64,000 bases of DNA, from the NCBI GenBank assembly GCA_963765495.1, contig CAVXWP010000007.1:192001-256000 (forward strand), read 5' to 3'. Source of the stretch: Blastocatellia bacterium (GTDB lineage: Bacteria > Acidobacteriota > Blastocatellia > UBA7656). Both the position numbers and the translations under genes were made by a program. A model generated the notes under the pieces. That model worked only from the letters and a program-made list of their open reading frames with translations. It was not told the DNA's origin and did not search any database. Of the stretch, positions 28,201-39,200 are shown piece after piece (position 1 is the stretch's first letter; every line of letters starts with the position of its first letter).

Positions 28201-29685
28201 TTACTTCCCGTCTATCGAGAAAGCGTAGAGCTTGTTGTTGGCCTTGCCCACGCGCAGGAATGTATAGCCCGATCCCAGATAGAGCACCCCATCAACCACA
28301 GTAGGCCCGCCGCCGACCGCGCCCCCCGTGTCAAATTCCCAGAGTATCTTGCCGTCCTTTGCATCATAAGCGCGGATAAAATTCTTGTTTGTGCCCGCAA
28401 ATACCAGCCGGTTCGCGCCCGTTCCCGTGACGGTGATGGGGCCGAAATTCGATCCGTTATCGGGACTCGGCGTCTGCCACACAATCTTGCCCGTAGCACC
28501 GTCGAGCGCGGCTATAGAGCCTTGCTTCGGGAAGTTGGATATGGCGGCGTAGACTCGCTCGCCATCTGTGGCAGTGCCGAACTCTATGCCGCCGAGTTTT
28601 CCGCCCGGCCCGACTTCGGTCTTCCAGACGAGCTTGCCGTCCTTTGGGTCAACCGCGTAAAACCATCCGCTCTTTTGCCCCGCGCCTATCAAGGATTTTC
28701 CGCCCGCTCCCTTAAAGGTGATCGGGATCGTGCCGAAATCTACATCCATGTCGCTGCAATCGGGATCGTTGCGGCAGTCGAATGTCCAGATGTCTTTTGG
28801 CGTAGCCTGATTTGACCAGACCATTTTGCCCGTGTTTAAATCCAGCGCGATTATCGCGTTAGGATACTTGGAAGCAGGCCCCGTGTATTGATTGCCCGTC
28901 GAGACGTATAGCCGATTCGCTCCCGGGTTTATCGAGACCGTGGACCATACGGCTCCGCCGGCCGGGCCTATCATCGTTATATCCCGCTTGTTTTTGCCCA
29001 TCGGCGCGGGCGTTTCCGGTATCACGTAATATCGCCAGACCATCTTGCCGGTCTTCGCGTCAAAGGCCGCGACCCCTCCTCGAAACGTGCAGCATTCATA
29101 GTTGCGGTCCTTCATTATCGCGCCTTCCTCGTGCGAAGAGACGCCGATGTAAACCCGACCGTTGTGATAAAGCGGCGAGCTCGTAGCCACCGTTGCCGGG
29201 TGCTCGTCTATCTTGGCCTTCCATTTGAGCGCACCCGTCTGGGCGTCGAGAGCGTGGAGCCATCCGGCTATGTCGCCTACAAACAGCACTCCGTCGCCAT
29301 AGGCCGCGCCGCTTCGCGAAGCGTAAGAGCATTCATACTCCCATAACTTTTTGCCGGTCTTTGCGTCTACGGCATACTCTTTCCCGTCCCACGACCCGAA
29401 ATAGACTACGCCGCCCACGACCGTCGGCTGGCTTGAAACATCCGCGCCGGTTTCGAATACCCATTTGGGCTTCAGCCGGGCAACCGTCGCCGGAGTGATC
29501 TGCTTTTCGGTTGGATTATGGTGCGAGCCTGCGAGATCGCGACCATACATAGGCCAGTCCGATTGACCGATGCGACCGTTACCGGCGATTGATTTCGGTT
29601 TCTTGCTCTGCTGAGCCGATGCCTGCGGCACCATAAAGATTTGAAGCGCAAGCGCGCAAACTATTACATAGATCCTGAGGCGCAT
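28201..29685 (-). CDS. Exported PQQ-binding beta-propeller protein (polyvinyl-alcohol dehydrogenase-like)
   Basis: Signal peptide; DWPMYG; repeated A.DAKTGK..W; vicinal CC (ECCTFRG); GGAVWS; D.DFG. Confidence 0.85.
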   Translation of the reverse strand: MRLRIYVIVCALALQIFMVPQASAQQSKKPKSIAGNGRIGQSDWPMYGRDLAGSHHNPTEKQITPATVARLKPKWVFETGADVSSQPTVVGGVVYFGSWDGKEYAVDAKTGKKLWEYECSYASRSGAAYGDGVLFVGDIAGWLHALDAQTGALKWKAKIDEHPATVATSSPLYHNGRVYIGVSSHEEGAIMKDRNYECCTFRGGVAAFDAKTGKMVWRYYVIPETPAPMGKNKRDITMIGPAGGAVWSTVSINPGANRLYVSTGNQYTGPASKYPNAIIALDLNTGKMVWSNQATPKDIWTFDCRNDPDCSDMDVDFGTIPITFKGAGGKSLIGAGQKSGWFYAVDPKDGKLVWKTEVGPGGKLGGIEFGTATDGERVYAAISNFPKQGSIAALDGATGKIVWQTPSPDNGSNFGPITVTGTGANRLVFAGTNKNFIRAYDAKDGKILWEFDTGGAVGGGPTVVDGVLYLGSGYTFLRVGKANNKLYAFSIDGK

Positions 29686-29822
29686 TCGTCTTTCCTTTCT
29701 ATTCCACTGATGGCTTTAGGGATTAGGTCAATGATTCTAGTAAATCGGTCCCGGTCTTTCAAGGAAGCTGAGAGGCGCTGTTGGGAATGTGAGAAACTTC
29801 TCTGATCGTTTTACCTCGGTGC

Positions 29823-29850
29823 TTGACATCACATATCGGAATGTTATAAT
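29823..29850 (+). promoter_or_regulatory. Consensus sigma70 promoter upstream of the giant gene
   Basis: TTGACA-16 nt-TATAAT with an extended -10 (TGtTATAAT). Confidence 0.7.
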
Positions 29851-30235
29851 CGTTCCCGTATCTAGCAGGGTTTCCAGAAGCTCGATTTGAGAATATCAAT
29901 CGTCAGTTCTACGTTTTGTGAAGTATATGCCACATTTATGATCAATTTAGTCAGTTAAGTAGGGACCGAAGCTTAGCCAGTGCTATTTTCGACTCCTGCC
30001 AGTTTCACTCGGTCATAACATATCCATACTTGCCCGGCGAGTATAGTGTCGAAAAGATGTCTTAAACCAAAAGGGTTTGCCCCGAAGGTTTATCGGAGTT
30101 CCGCCCGTGGGAGAGTCGATAGGTCTTGAATAAGGCAAGCCAAGCTCTTCGTGTGCCCAAACAGATGAGCAAACTTGTTGAGGAATCTGATTGGACGCAG
30201 CTTATATCTCCACATGCTTTCAAAATTACTAGGAG

Positions 30236-33200
30236 ATGGCAATGATCAAGTTCCAGCTTTACAAGAGTGGCCTCTACCTGACCGAAACCGACATCAATGA
30301 TCCGAGCAAGGCGCGCATCGGTTTCATGTTTCAGAGTGCCAGTGGGAATCCAACGACTTTCGAACTTTCTCAGCAGACGTGGATCGATCCGAACCAGCAA
30401 GGATACTTCGCGTTCTTCGTGCCGTCGGCCACGCGTGACTGGGACTCTTTTTCCGCAAGCGTTCGCAACCTGTTTAGCGGAACATTTGGCGCTCAGTTTG
30501 GATGGTTTTCAGAAAGCGGCGGCAACGTCACGGCAGAGACACTGTTTCTTGTCGGCAATCAGGGCACTTCAACGCCCCGCATCCAGTCACCGGCCTCCTT
30601 TATTTTTAACAATGTCACGCTGCAGATTCAGCCCAACCCTTTTGGACAACCTGCCGTCATCTCTTTCAACGACGATACAAATACGTTCGAGATCGTCAAT
30701 CCTTCCGTCAGTGGCCAGCCAGCTGTGAGAATCGTAGCGCAGCCTCCCGTCGGAGCATCCCAGACTTACTTTTCAAATTCGCCAAGCCTCTTGCTGCCGA
30801 TGGTCGATCCGCACGCGGGCAGCGTCAATGCCGGTTTCCAGTTTGACACGCAGGCGCTGGCTCAGTTCGAGGCGGGCTTCATGTATTTCGGGCCACCGCC
30901 TCAGGCGGGACAGCCGCTTACGGCGCTCAACTATCCGCTATTGCGCGCGCCCGGCGGCGCTCCGACTGCGCTCAATTTTCAAGCCTGGCTCGATGTGTTG
31001 CAGCCGCTTGTGGGTACGCGCTCGTATTTCCAGATCACCGATACCCAAACCGGCTCTTATTATGCCAGCACATCCGGGCGCGCTTTCGCATTGCTTACGA
31101 CAGCCGATGGTGACAGCGACCAGACGAGCCGACTGGTCTTTGCCAACCGCCCGTTCCAGACCACGGATGACGCGCAATTCTATTACCTGACCCCGGCGGG
31201 CAGGTTCCAACTGGCGATGGACCAAAACGGCGCGCAGAGCGTCTCTTCGTCCGCCCCGCCTTCCTGGCTGATGTGCGGAGTGACGGGAACCGAATTCCTG
31301 AACGCAAAGGTGTCTGGAGAAGTTGCCATACCTGATGCCCTCTACTTTCTGCCTGGGCAGGCTGCATATCGCGTCATACCCCCGCCCGATCAGCCTGCGG
31401 GCAATGATCCTCAACTCCTCGACGATGTCGGAGGCAACGTAACTACATCGTGGGTCCAGTACCTTACGAGTGAAGGCGGATACATCTCGCAACCCGAAGG
31501 GTCTCCGCTCTACGAGCAGGGCACAAACGGGTCGGGGCAATTGTCGGAGCAAAGTGCTTCAAGCGGGCTTACGGTTTATGTGCTCGACTTTTTGCCGTTG
31601 CCGTCCTGGTCGCCGACAACGACCGGGGTAGCCGCAGTTCAAGCTCAGACGGCAGCCCCGGCTGTGCCGATGACTCCATACGCGGGCATCCCGTTCACGA
31701 CCGATCTGACCCCCTTTCGGGAAATGGAGTCGCGGGCGCTGAACCCGACGCGCAAGAACGCGTTCACAAATGCGCAGCCTCCTGCGCAGCCAAAGACCGC
31801 CGATGCTGCCGCTGGGAACCTGACCTTTGCTATGACGCCGCAAGGGCTGCTGGCGGGGCTGACGAGCGCTCCGGCGGTCTGGACCACCACACAGATTGCC
31901 CTGAGCAAGTCCGGGATTCTTCAGCTCACCGATATGGGCAACGCCGTCCGTCAGGCGCTACAGCAGAACCAGATATTTATCGTCATCAGCACAACCGAAA
32001 ACGGGACCCTGTTTAGCTTCAACGGCAGCGATCAGACATTAGACATTGCCGACTGGCTCTTCAGCCTTTCGCCTGACGGCATAAAGGCGAGTGACGGGAC
32101 GCCGCCCATTCTGATACTCAAGTTTTATCCGGGGCAGTCGATCTCGACGCTTGTGAAAGATATGCAGTTGTGGTCCCAGCCCGACACCTTCAACGTAGCC
32201 CCGTTCGACGCCTCGAAGGCTCAGGCTTATGTGCAACAGCAGATTCAGCAGGCGTGCGAGGCGGTTTACGGCGCGGGCAAATGCACCGACGGCATCCCGT
32301 CTGGCGGAACGCCCGACACAAACTCGCTTTACTACAACTTCTACAGGGTAGTCACCGATCCGCTCTTCAACGGCATTCTGGCGCTCAATTGCAATATGCA
32401 ACTCAACGCCCTCCCGGCGGCCATACGCGCGGTCCTGGGCGGGATGACCGATGCATCCGGCGCGAGCAATCTGGATGCCTTTCGCGTCCACCACGTAGGC
32501 GTCGAGATCAACGACACCGACCCTAAAGTCTCTACGCCAACGCTTGCGCAAAGCTCGCTCTTCGGACTCGTAGACTATGAGAAACCGACCGACGGCGGCG
32601 CTCCGCCATTGGGTCTCGATGTCAAGTACAATTTCGAGGTCGAATTCCTTCGCGCCCTCTTTACAAACTCCGAATTGCGCGAATTTTCCTGCAAGATAAA
32701 CCTGACTATCAATAACCTCTTCGACACAGCAGTCTCGCTTGATGCAGGCTCGAGCAGCGCGCTCGTGGCGGAGGCCGAGTCCAGCAACGTAGTCGTTATT
32801 ACCGGCTCTTATCAGGCTCACTCAACGACCGGCGATGATGCGAACTCCGGGCAGGGCATATACTCTTTTCTGGCCGAAGGCAATTTTGCCTTCAACTTCG
32901 ACGAGGCCAACCCCTATCTGAAGAGCATCACGCTGACCAAGCTTCAGTTCTCGTTCCAGGAAGAGAACCCGACCGGCAACCCGAATACCTCTACCCTCAA
33001 GTCGCGCTTTTCCATCTGGGGAAACATGGTCTTCAAGGAACTCAACGTCCTTGATATTTTCTCTTTCGAGAAACTGGTCTTTGCCGATCTCGGCATTACC
33101 GTGAGCTTCGACCTGACGATTGATCCGCCAAATCAGCCTTCGACGGCAAATCTGAAACTGGGATTCTCGCCGGGCGATTTGCGCTTTGACTTTGCGCAGA

Positions 33201-36200
33201 CGACGGATCGGCAGTCGCCTACAAGTTTGCTGAGCCTGATCCCGTTCAAACTCAAATCCTTCCTGTACTCCCAGAACGCAGATCAAACGCTTCAGAGTCT
33301 GCAATATTACGCCGTAAGCGAAGTGCCCGGTCTGTCGAGCGTAAAGGACACGTTCAATTACGCGCTGATCTTCGATCTGGACCTGGGTTCGGTAGGCAGT
33401 CTGGTCGGCTCGCTTGCAGCCTTTAAGTTCAGCATCCTGATCGGCTGGCTGAGCGGTGACGAGGGAGGCATAGCCTTTGGCGTGCAACTGCCGGAGGCCG
33501 ACGGCAAACTGGAAATCAAGATCGAGGGTGTGCTGACTCTCTCTATTGAAGAGTTCAAGCTACAGTACAAGCCCATCGAAGACGGCTCCGGGAAGACCAT
33601 ATTCGTGCTGGCGCTGCATAATTCATATCTGGAATTGTTCGGCACCAGGCTGCCGCCCGGAAATGCGTTTTTCGATTTCGCACTCTTCGCGCCGAGCGAT
33701 GACGCGGCGCGAATCGGCTGGATAGCCGCCATCAATAATCAGTCAAAAGAGAGCGGCGGAAGCGAAAGCCTCGCGTTGAGAAGTGATGGTCAGGCGCTTG
33801 CCGAAAACGGAAACGGGAGCCCGGTCTTTGAACTGGTATATCTCGGCGGCGGCCAGCGAGTCGGCCCCGACCCGAGCAAACCGCCTACCAACTTTCAGGA
33901 CTTCCTCTCTTTCATGACGGGCGATTTCTGGGACGCGGTCAAAGCCAACAAGTACGACGAAGTCTATCACCCGGACAGCAACTGGCTGGTCGTAAGCGAT
34001 TTCAAACTGCTTGGCATCATCGAGGTCGGCTTCGTCTTTTATGATTTCACACCCTTCTACAGCCTGACGCTCAATGTCACGAAGTTGTTCAATTTCGAGA
34101 TCACCTATACAAAGATCAGCGACTCGATAGGGCTTTTCTATGCCGATCTGGCCTTGCCCGATACGCTGCGAACATTTCAGGTAGGCGCGGCCTCGCTGAC
34201 GCTGCCCTCCATCTCCGTGAGCGTCTACACAAACGGGAACTGGAAACTCGACGTAGGTTTCCCAAAAGGCGACGATTGGAGCCGGTCCTTCCGTGTGCAG
34301 GCGCAGGCCGGTCCTGTGCCCGTAACAGGGTCGGGCGGGTTTTATATCGCCAGCCTCAGTTCCGCCACAAGCTCTATTTTTAAGGGGAACTATCCGAGCA
34401 TCGTCGCCTTCGGGTTTGCCGCCCGTCTAGGCGTAGGCAAAGACTTCACGAGCGGCCCGCTCAAGGCAGGCATAAGCGTAACCTTCTTCGGCATCATTCA
34501 GGGCGCAGGCGGATACCTGGCAAGCGGCTCGGTGGATATATTTCAAACGCCCGACGCGCTCTCTTTGCAGGGGCAGTTCGGCATCATCGGCGAGCTTTAC
34601 GGCTCGATTGATTTCAAGATCATCAAGGCCAGTGTCAATGTGACGCTACAGGCCAGCATAGGCATACAGCTTTTATGGGAGCGGTCGATTCCCGGCAGCG
34701 GAACGATACTTCTCTATGTCGAAGCAAGCGTCAAGTTGAGTATAAAGGTGAGTATAGGCTTTGGCTTCTTCTCGATCTCTATCAGCTTCAGCTTTAAGGC
34801 CTCGTTCCGTTTCGAGTGGGTACTGGCCGGATCGCCTCCGTCGGTTGCGCTTCGCGCCCAGTGGTCCGAGCGTCTGGCGACAGGGTTTGTGCTTACGGCT
34901 GCGCCGCTTGCGCTGTGTCCGGGCTTGAACTCTAAAGTGCCGCTCTGGTTCCTGCCGGAACTCACGGTGATCTTCCCGAATACGACCGGCACGGGCGCGC
35001 CGTGGTTTGTCTGCTCGCTTGGCATCCCGTACGACTCGAACCCGCCCGCCGATCCTACTTACGCGCAGTTTATGCCTTTCGAGGCCGTCACTACGCAACT
35101 CGTGACCTGGGCGCTTTCGAATACCTCGGAGCACACGGGCTGCTCATCGGTAGTCACACAAGAACAGTTGCAGGGACTCGACGAGGCTCCTGAGATACTG
35201 GTTGGCTGGGTAGATTATCCGTCGCTCATAACCGAACTGTCGAATTTCGCGGTCGAGATCGTAGTCCCGACCGGCGAGCCGGGAACCGAAAAGAGCGCGA
35301 CCACATTCCCGATGCTCCCCTTCCTGAAGCTTGAGACGAAGGGCCGCCTCGAAGGCGGTCAGTCTGCCGATCTCTCCTATCAGTTCTTGTCAAAGAATCT
35401 GGTTTCAGACAGCTACATTCAGGAAGTCGAAGAGTATTTCAATCAGCTTTTCGTCAATCAGACTCAGGGCGAGCCGCCCACGCTCAAAGCGGCTACGGAG
35501 GCGACCACGCCCCTGATTCAGGAGATATTCCTCGACTATTTCACCGGCCTGATACGGGGCGGCGTGCATCAGCTTTTGCAATACATGCAGGACGAGAAGA
35601 TCACGGAATCACCGCTTGACGAACTGATCCGCAAGGCGGTCGGAGCCGGTCTGGTCATGTCGCTTGCCGGTCAGATGTCGAGTTCGTTCCGGGGTGGGGT
35701 ACGACTGCCTTACACGCCGGGGCTGACGGTTCCGGGCGGGGCGGCGCTCACGACTACCAATCCGCTTTACGCGCTGCTGTGGCAGGAATTTCCCGCAGGC
35801 CAACTCAGCCCCGTCGAGGGTGATACGACTACATCGCAGTACACTATCGAACTCACAAACCCCGACGCTACGCAGACGTGGGTCAAGTCAAGCGTCAACT
35901 GGCCGCTTACAAATGAGGAACTCGCCCCGTATCAGAACCTCAAGGCGAGCGACGTGATACCGCCGAGCGTGCCCGTGCAGTTGCCGTTTACCAATACCGG
36001 CCCGCAGTCGTTCTCATTTGAAAATCCCGTGGTCTGGACTCAGCCCGACAATAAGACCGTGAGCCTGCGCCCGTTCCCCTCTAATTTGCAGCAACTCCAG
36101 AGCGTGGAAGCAGGCGCAATCAGCGTGCTTGTGGAATCGCGCGAGACGGGCGCTCCATATCTGCCCGGCGGCACCCTGCTCTCGCCGCAGAGTTTCAACT

Positions 36201-39200
36201 GGGTGACGATGATAACCCTGACGGTCAAGCAGATTCCGGCGACTTCGGGCAAAGACTCGCTGCCGGACATTTTCGCCCTGAGCGGAGCCAGTCAGCAGGA
36301 TCAAGCTCTGATCGAGCAGATTCTCCGCGAACTTGAAGGCGGGGAAGACCCGATAGTTTCGCTCCAGGTGCTGTACCAGACCGAAGCCGGGGCCACCGGG
36401 CTCACATCGGTTACGATCAATCCGCAGGATGTATTCGCTCTGCGGACCAACACGACTACAGTTTCGGCCCCGCCCGCGAGCGCAAACCTCCTTTTCAAAG
36501 CCCTGGCCGTGACGCCCGGCGTAGCCGTAGGCGCGACCATAGATGACCATTACGGTTTCCTCCAGATCATTCAGCAGGCGGCCGTAACGAATGCCCCCGG
36601 CTACAACCTCCGCTATGAGGATGCGACGGGTAATGGTCTGCCGACGGACCTGTTCAATGCCGGTCCCGCTCCGCTGACCTTGCTTGTGGCTTATAAACCG
36701 GACGGCTCACAAAACACCGAAGCCTCGCCCGCTCAGGTGCTTCCTTTCTACAACGGTATCGTGCTCACAGCCGCCGTGGATGGTCTGTTGTATTACGCGG
36801 ACACGACCGACCCGGCTCTTGAAACGCAGTACAATGCCGTGGCGGCCGGTTCGGTTGGCGCAGAGTTGACGCGTTCCGATAGCGTGATGAAATTGCGTAC
36901 GCCACAAACGCTTGCCGCAACAGCCGGGCTTAAATCAGAAGGAGGTCACACGCGCGCGGAACTCGTCAGCGCCATCTGCGCGGCGGGCGTAACGGATCAC
37001 GCACAACTGCGCAGTCTTATGGTTGAAGCCGGGGCCGCGCCCGCTCAATTGAATGCCCTCTACAGCCTGATTACCTATCAGGTCGAAGCGTCGGCGGGCT
37101 TTATTCAGAGCAACCTCTCGGCACCCATCCAGCCTCAGCAGCCCGACCCCGATACCGAAAGCGAACTGCGCGATTACCGCGTGTTTGTGCCGCTATATAA
37201 TCTGGCCACCGCAAATCAATCTCTGCCGCCCGATACCCCGCCCAACCGTTACGCGAGCATAGATGCTTCGTTCAGCGTTGATTTCTTCCAGAACGATGCG
37301 TTTGGAAATCAGATGCCGACCTCGCTCGGTTTCGGCGGGACCAATCTCTATTTCGATCCGATCACGCCCGTAGACGAATGGCTCGGCGTAGTGACGGCCT
37401 ACGACTTCCTTGTCGACACCAAGCCGCAGCCAAATACCTTTAGCGTCTATCTGTACCCAAGCGCCTCGGCTTTCTCCGGCGATGAGTTTACCTCCGATCA
37501 GGCCGCCGCCGCGCTGCAACTCTACCAGACCGCGTACGACCAGATCACCGGCCCCGGCGTTTCCTTCTATGTAGAGGCCAACTTTGCGCTTCAATCGGAT
37601 GGAACTATGGTAAAGGTCGAACTGTCCCAGTCGCAGAGTGCGGCCATTGTGGATATGGTAGGCAAGCTGGTCGAGTATCTGGAGAAGTTCGATACCAACC
37701 CGCCGTTTGATGTGCCGCCGGTAACATTGACGGTGAGTGTGACGGGAACCGGAACGCTTCCGCCCGTATTCGAGATGGCCGTGCTGCTCGGCATCGAACG
37801 CGACCCGGATTTGGTTTCGCCTCTGCTTAAGAATGAGTTCGGGCAGATCACATTCCCCTCGGCGCAGAACGTAAGCAGCACGATCTCTTCGACCGTCGGA
37901 GCCTCGCTCGATGGTCAGTCCTCCGTAGACATCAACACCTTCGCGGCAAACTTCGTGCAGGCATTCCCGGCCCTGTCGCTTTCGGTCGGGCTCAACGGGG
38001 CGACATCGCCACAGCAGCAATCGAGCGCGGGGCTTGCGCGCAAACAACTCAAGGCTCTCGGCCTGCCCGGTGACGGGACGGGCGCGAGCCAGAAGGGACC
38101 GCAGTCGCTCTGGGCTGTTCAGCACTCGTTGCTCGACATTACCATAGGCGCGGGCGCGGGCTCGGGGCCGCGCTACATGTCGCCCAAGCCGCTTGATAAC
38201 ACGCTCAACACTGCGGTCGTGCCCTTGCCGCAACTCGATAGCTCGCTTCCGCAGTTGCCCACCGAGCAACTCTTCACCGATGTGGACCTCGATCAGTTCA
38301 ATCGATCTTTCTTCCAGTCGGTCGATAACATACTCGCGCCCGCCTCGGCGGCCAAAGCCTTCGAGGTGGCGACCGATGCCTACAACACCATAACGCTCGG
38401 GCGTAAGACGCTGGCCGAAGAGTACTCGCAATACGAGGTCGAATGGTTGTTCTCGGTCAATTCGCCCTTCACAGGAACCAGCGATCAACTCACAGCCGCG
38501 CGCGAAGATTTCCAGCAGCAAATGCGCGCCGCATTGCTGACGGCCTACTCGGTCGATACGCTCGTGCAGTATTCGGTTAGCTGGAATTCGAGCGTACCGC
38601 CTGCCGCCGATGATCGTATTTCGCTCTTTGGTCAGGTGCAGCCTCCGAGCGGGCCGCTCAAGGGGAACGACGGGCTTTCGACCGCTCACGTAGCGGTAAG
38701 CAGCACCGGCCCCGGGCTGCTGACATTCCTCTATGGAACCTCGGCAGTGCGCGACATCGCGCAGGTATCGCTCGACCTCGTATACAATGTCACGCACGTC
38801 GAGTACTTCCTTGAGCCTGCGAACCAGACCCCGCCCGGCGAGGCGCGTCCGTCGATCTGGCTGCAACTCGTGAACCCCTATCCAGACGGGTTGCCTCACA
38901 TAGGCCCGGCAGATAAGGAGACGATCATCCCGCTGGTCTTCCGCCAGTACCCGACGCCGCCCGTATTCATAAACCAGTCGGGAGCCGAGGGAACGAGTTC
39001 TGAACCGACAAACCAGACATCCGAGAACCCGCTTACGGCTGCCGCCGCCTGGCATTACATCTATTCCTATCAGTCGCAGCTTACGGCGCACGACCTGATC
39101 ATCAGCCTGATAACCTACAACACCAACCTGACGGCGGCCTCAAGCGGCGGGAATCAGTTAAAGACTGCCAATGCGGCGGCGGGGCCGTTTACGCTATTTC

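Noticed and set aside
37193-39091. 632-aa antisense ORF inside the giant gene, and similar shadow ORFs over rpoD, mutS2, pyrH and the transporters
   Set aside because: These are codon-aligned antisense shadows expected in GC-rich genes, with Arg-rich, non-protein-like composition.
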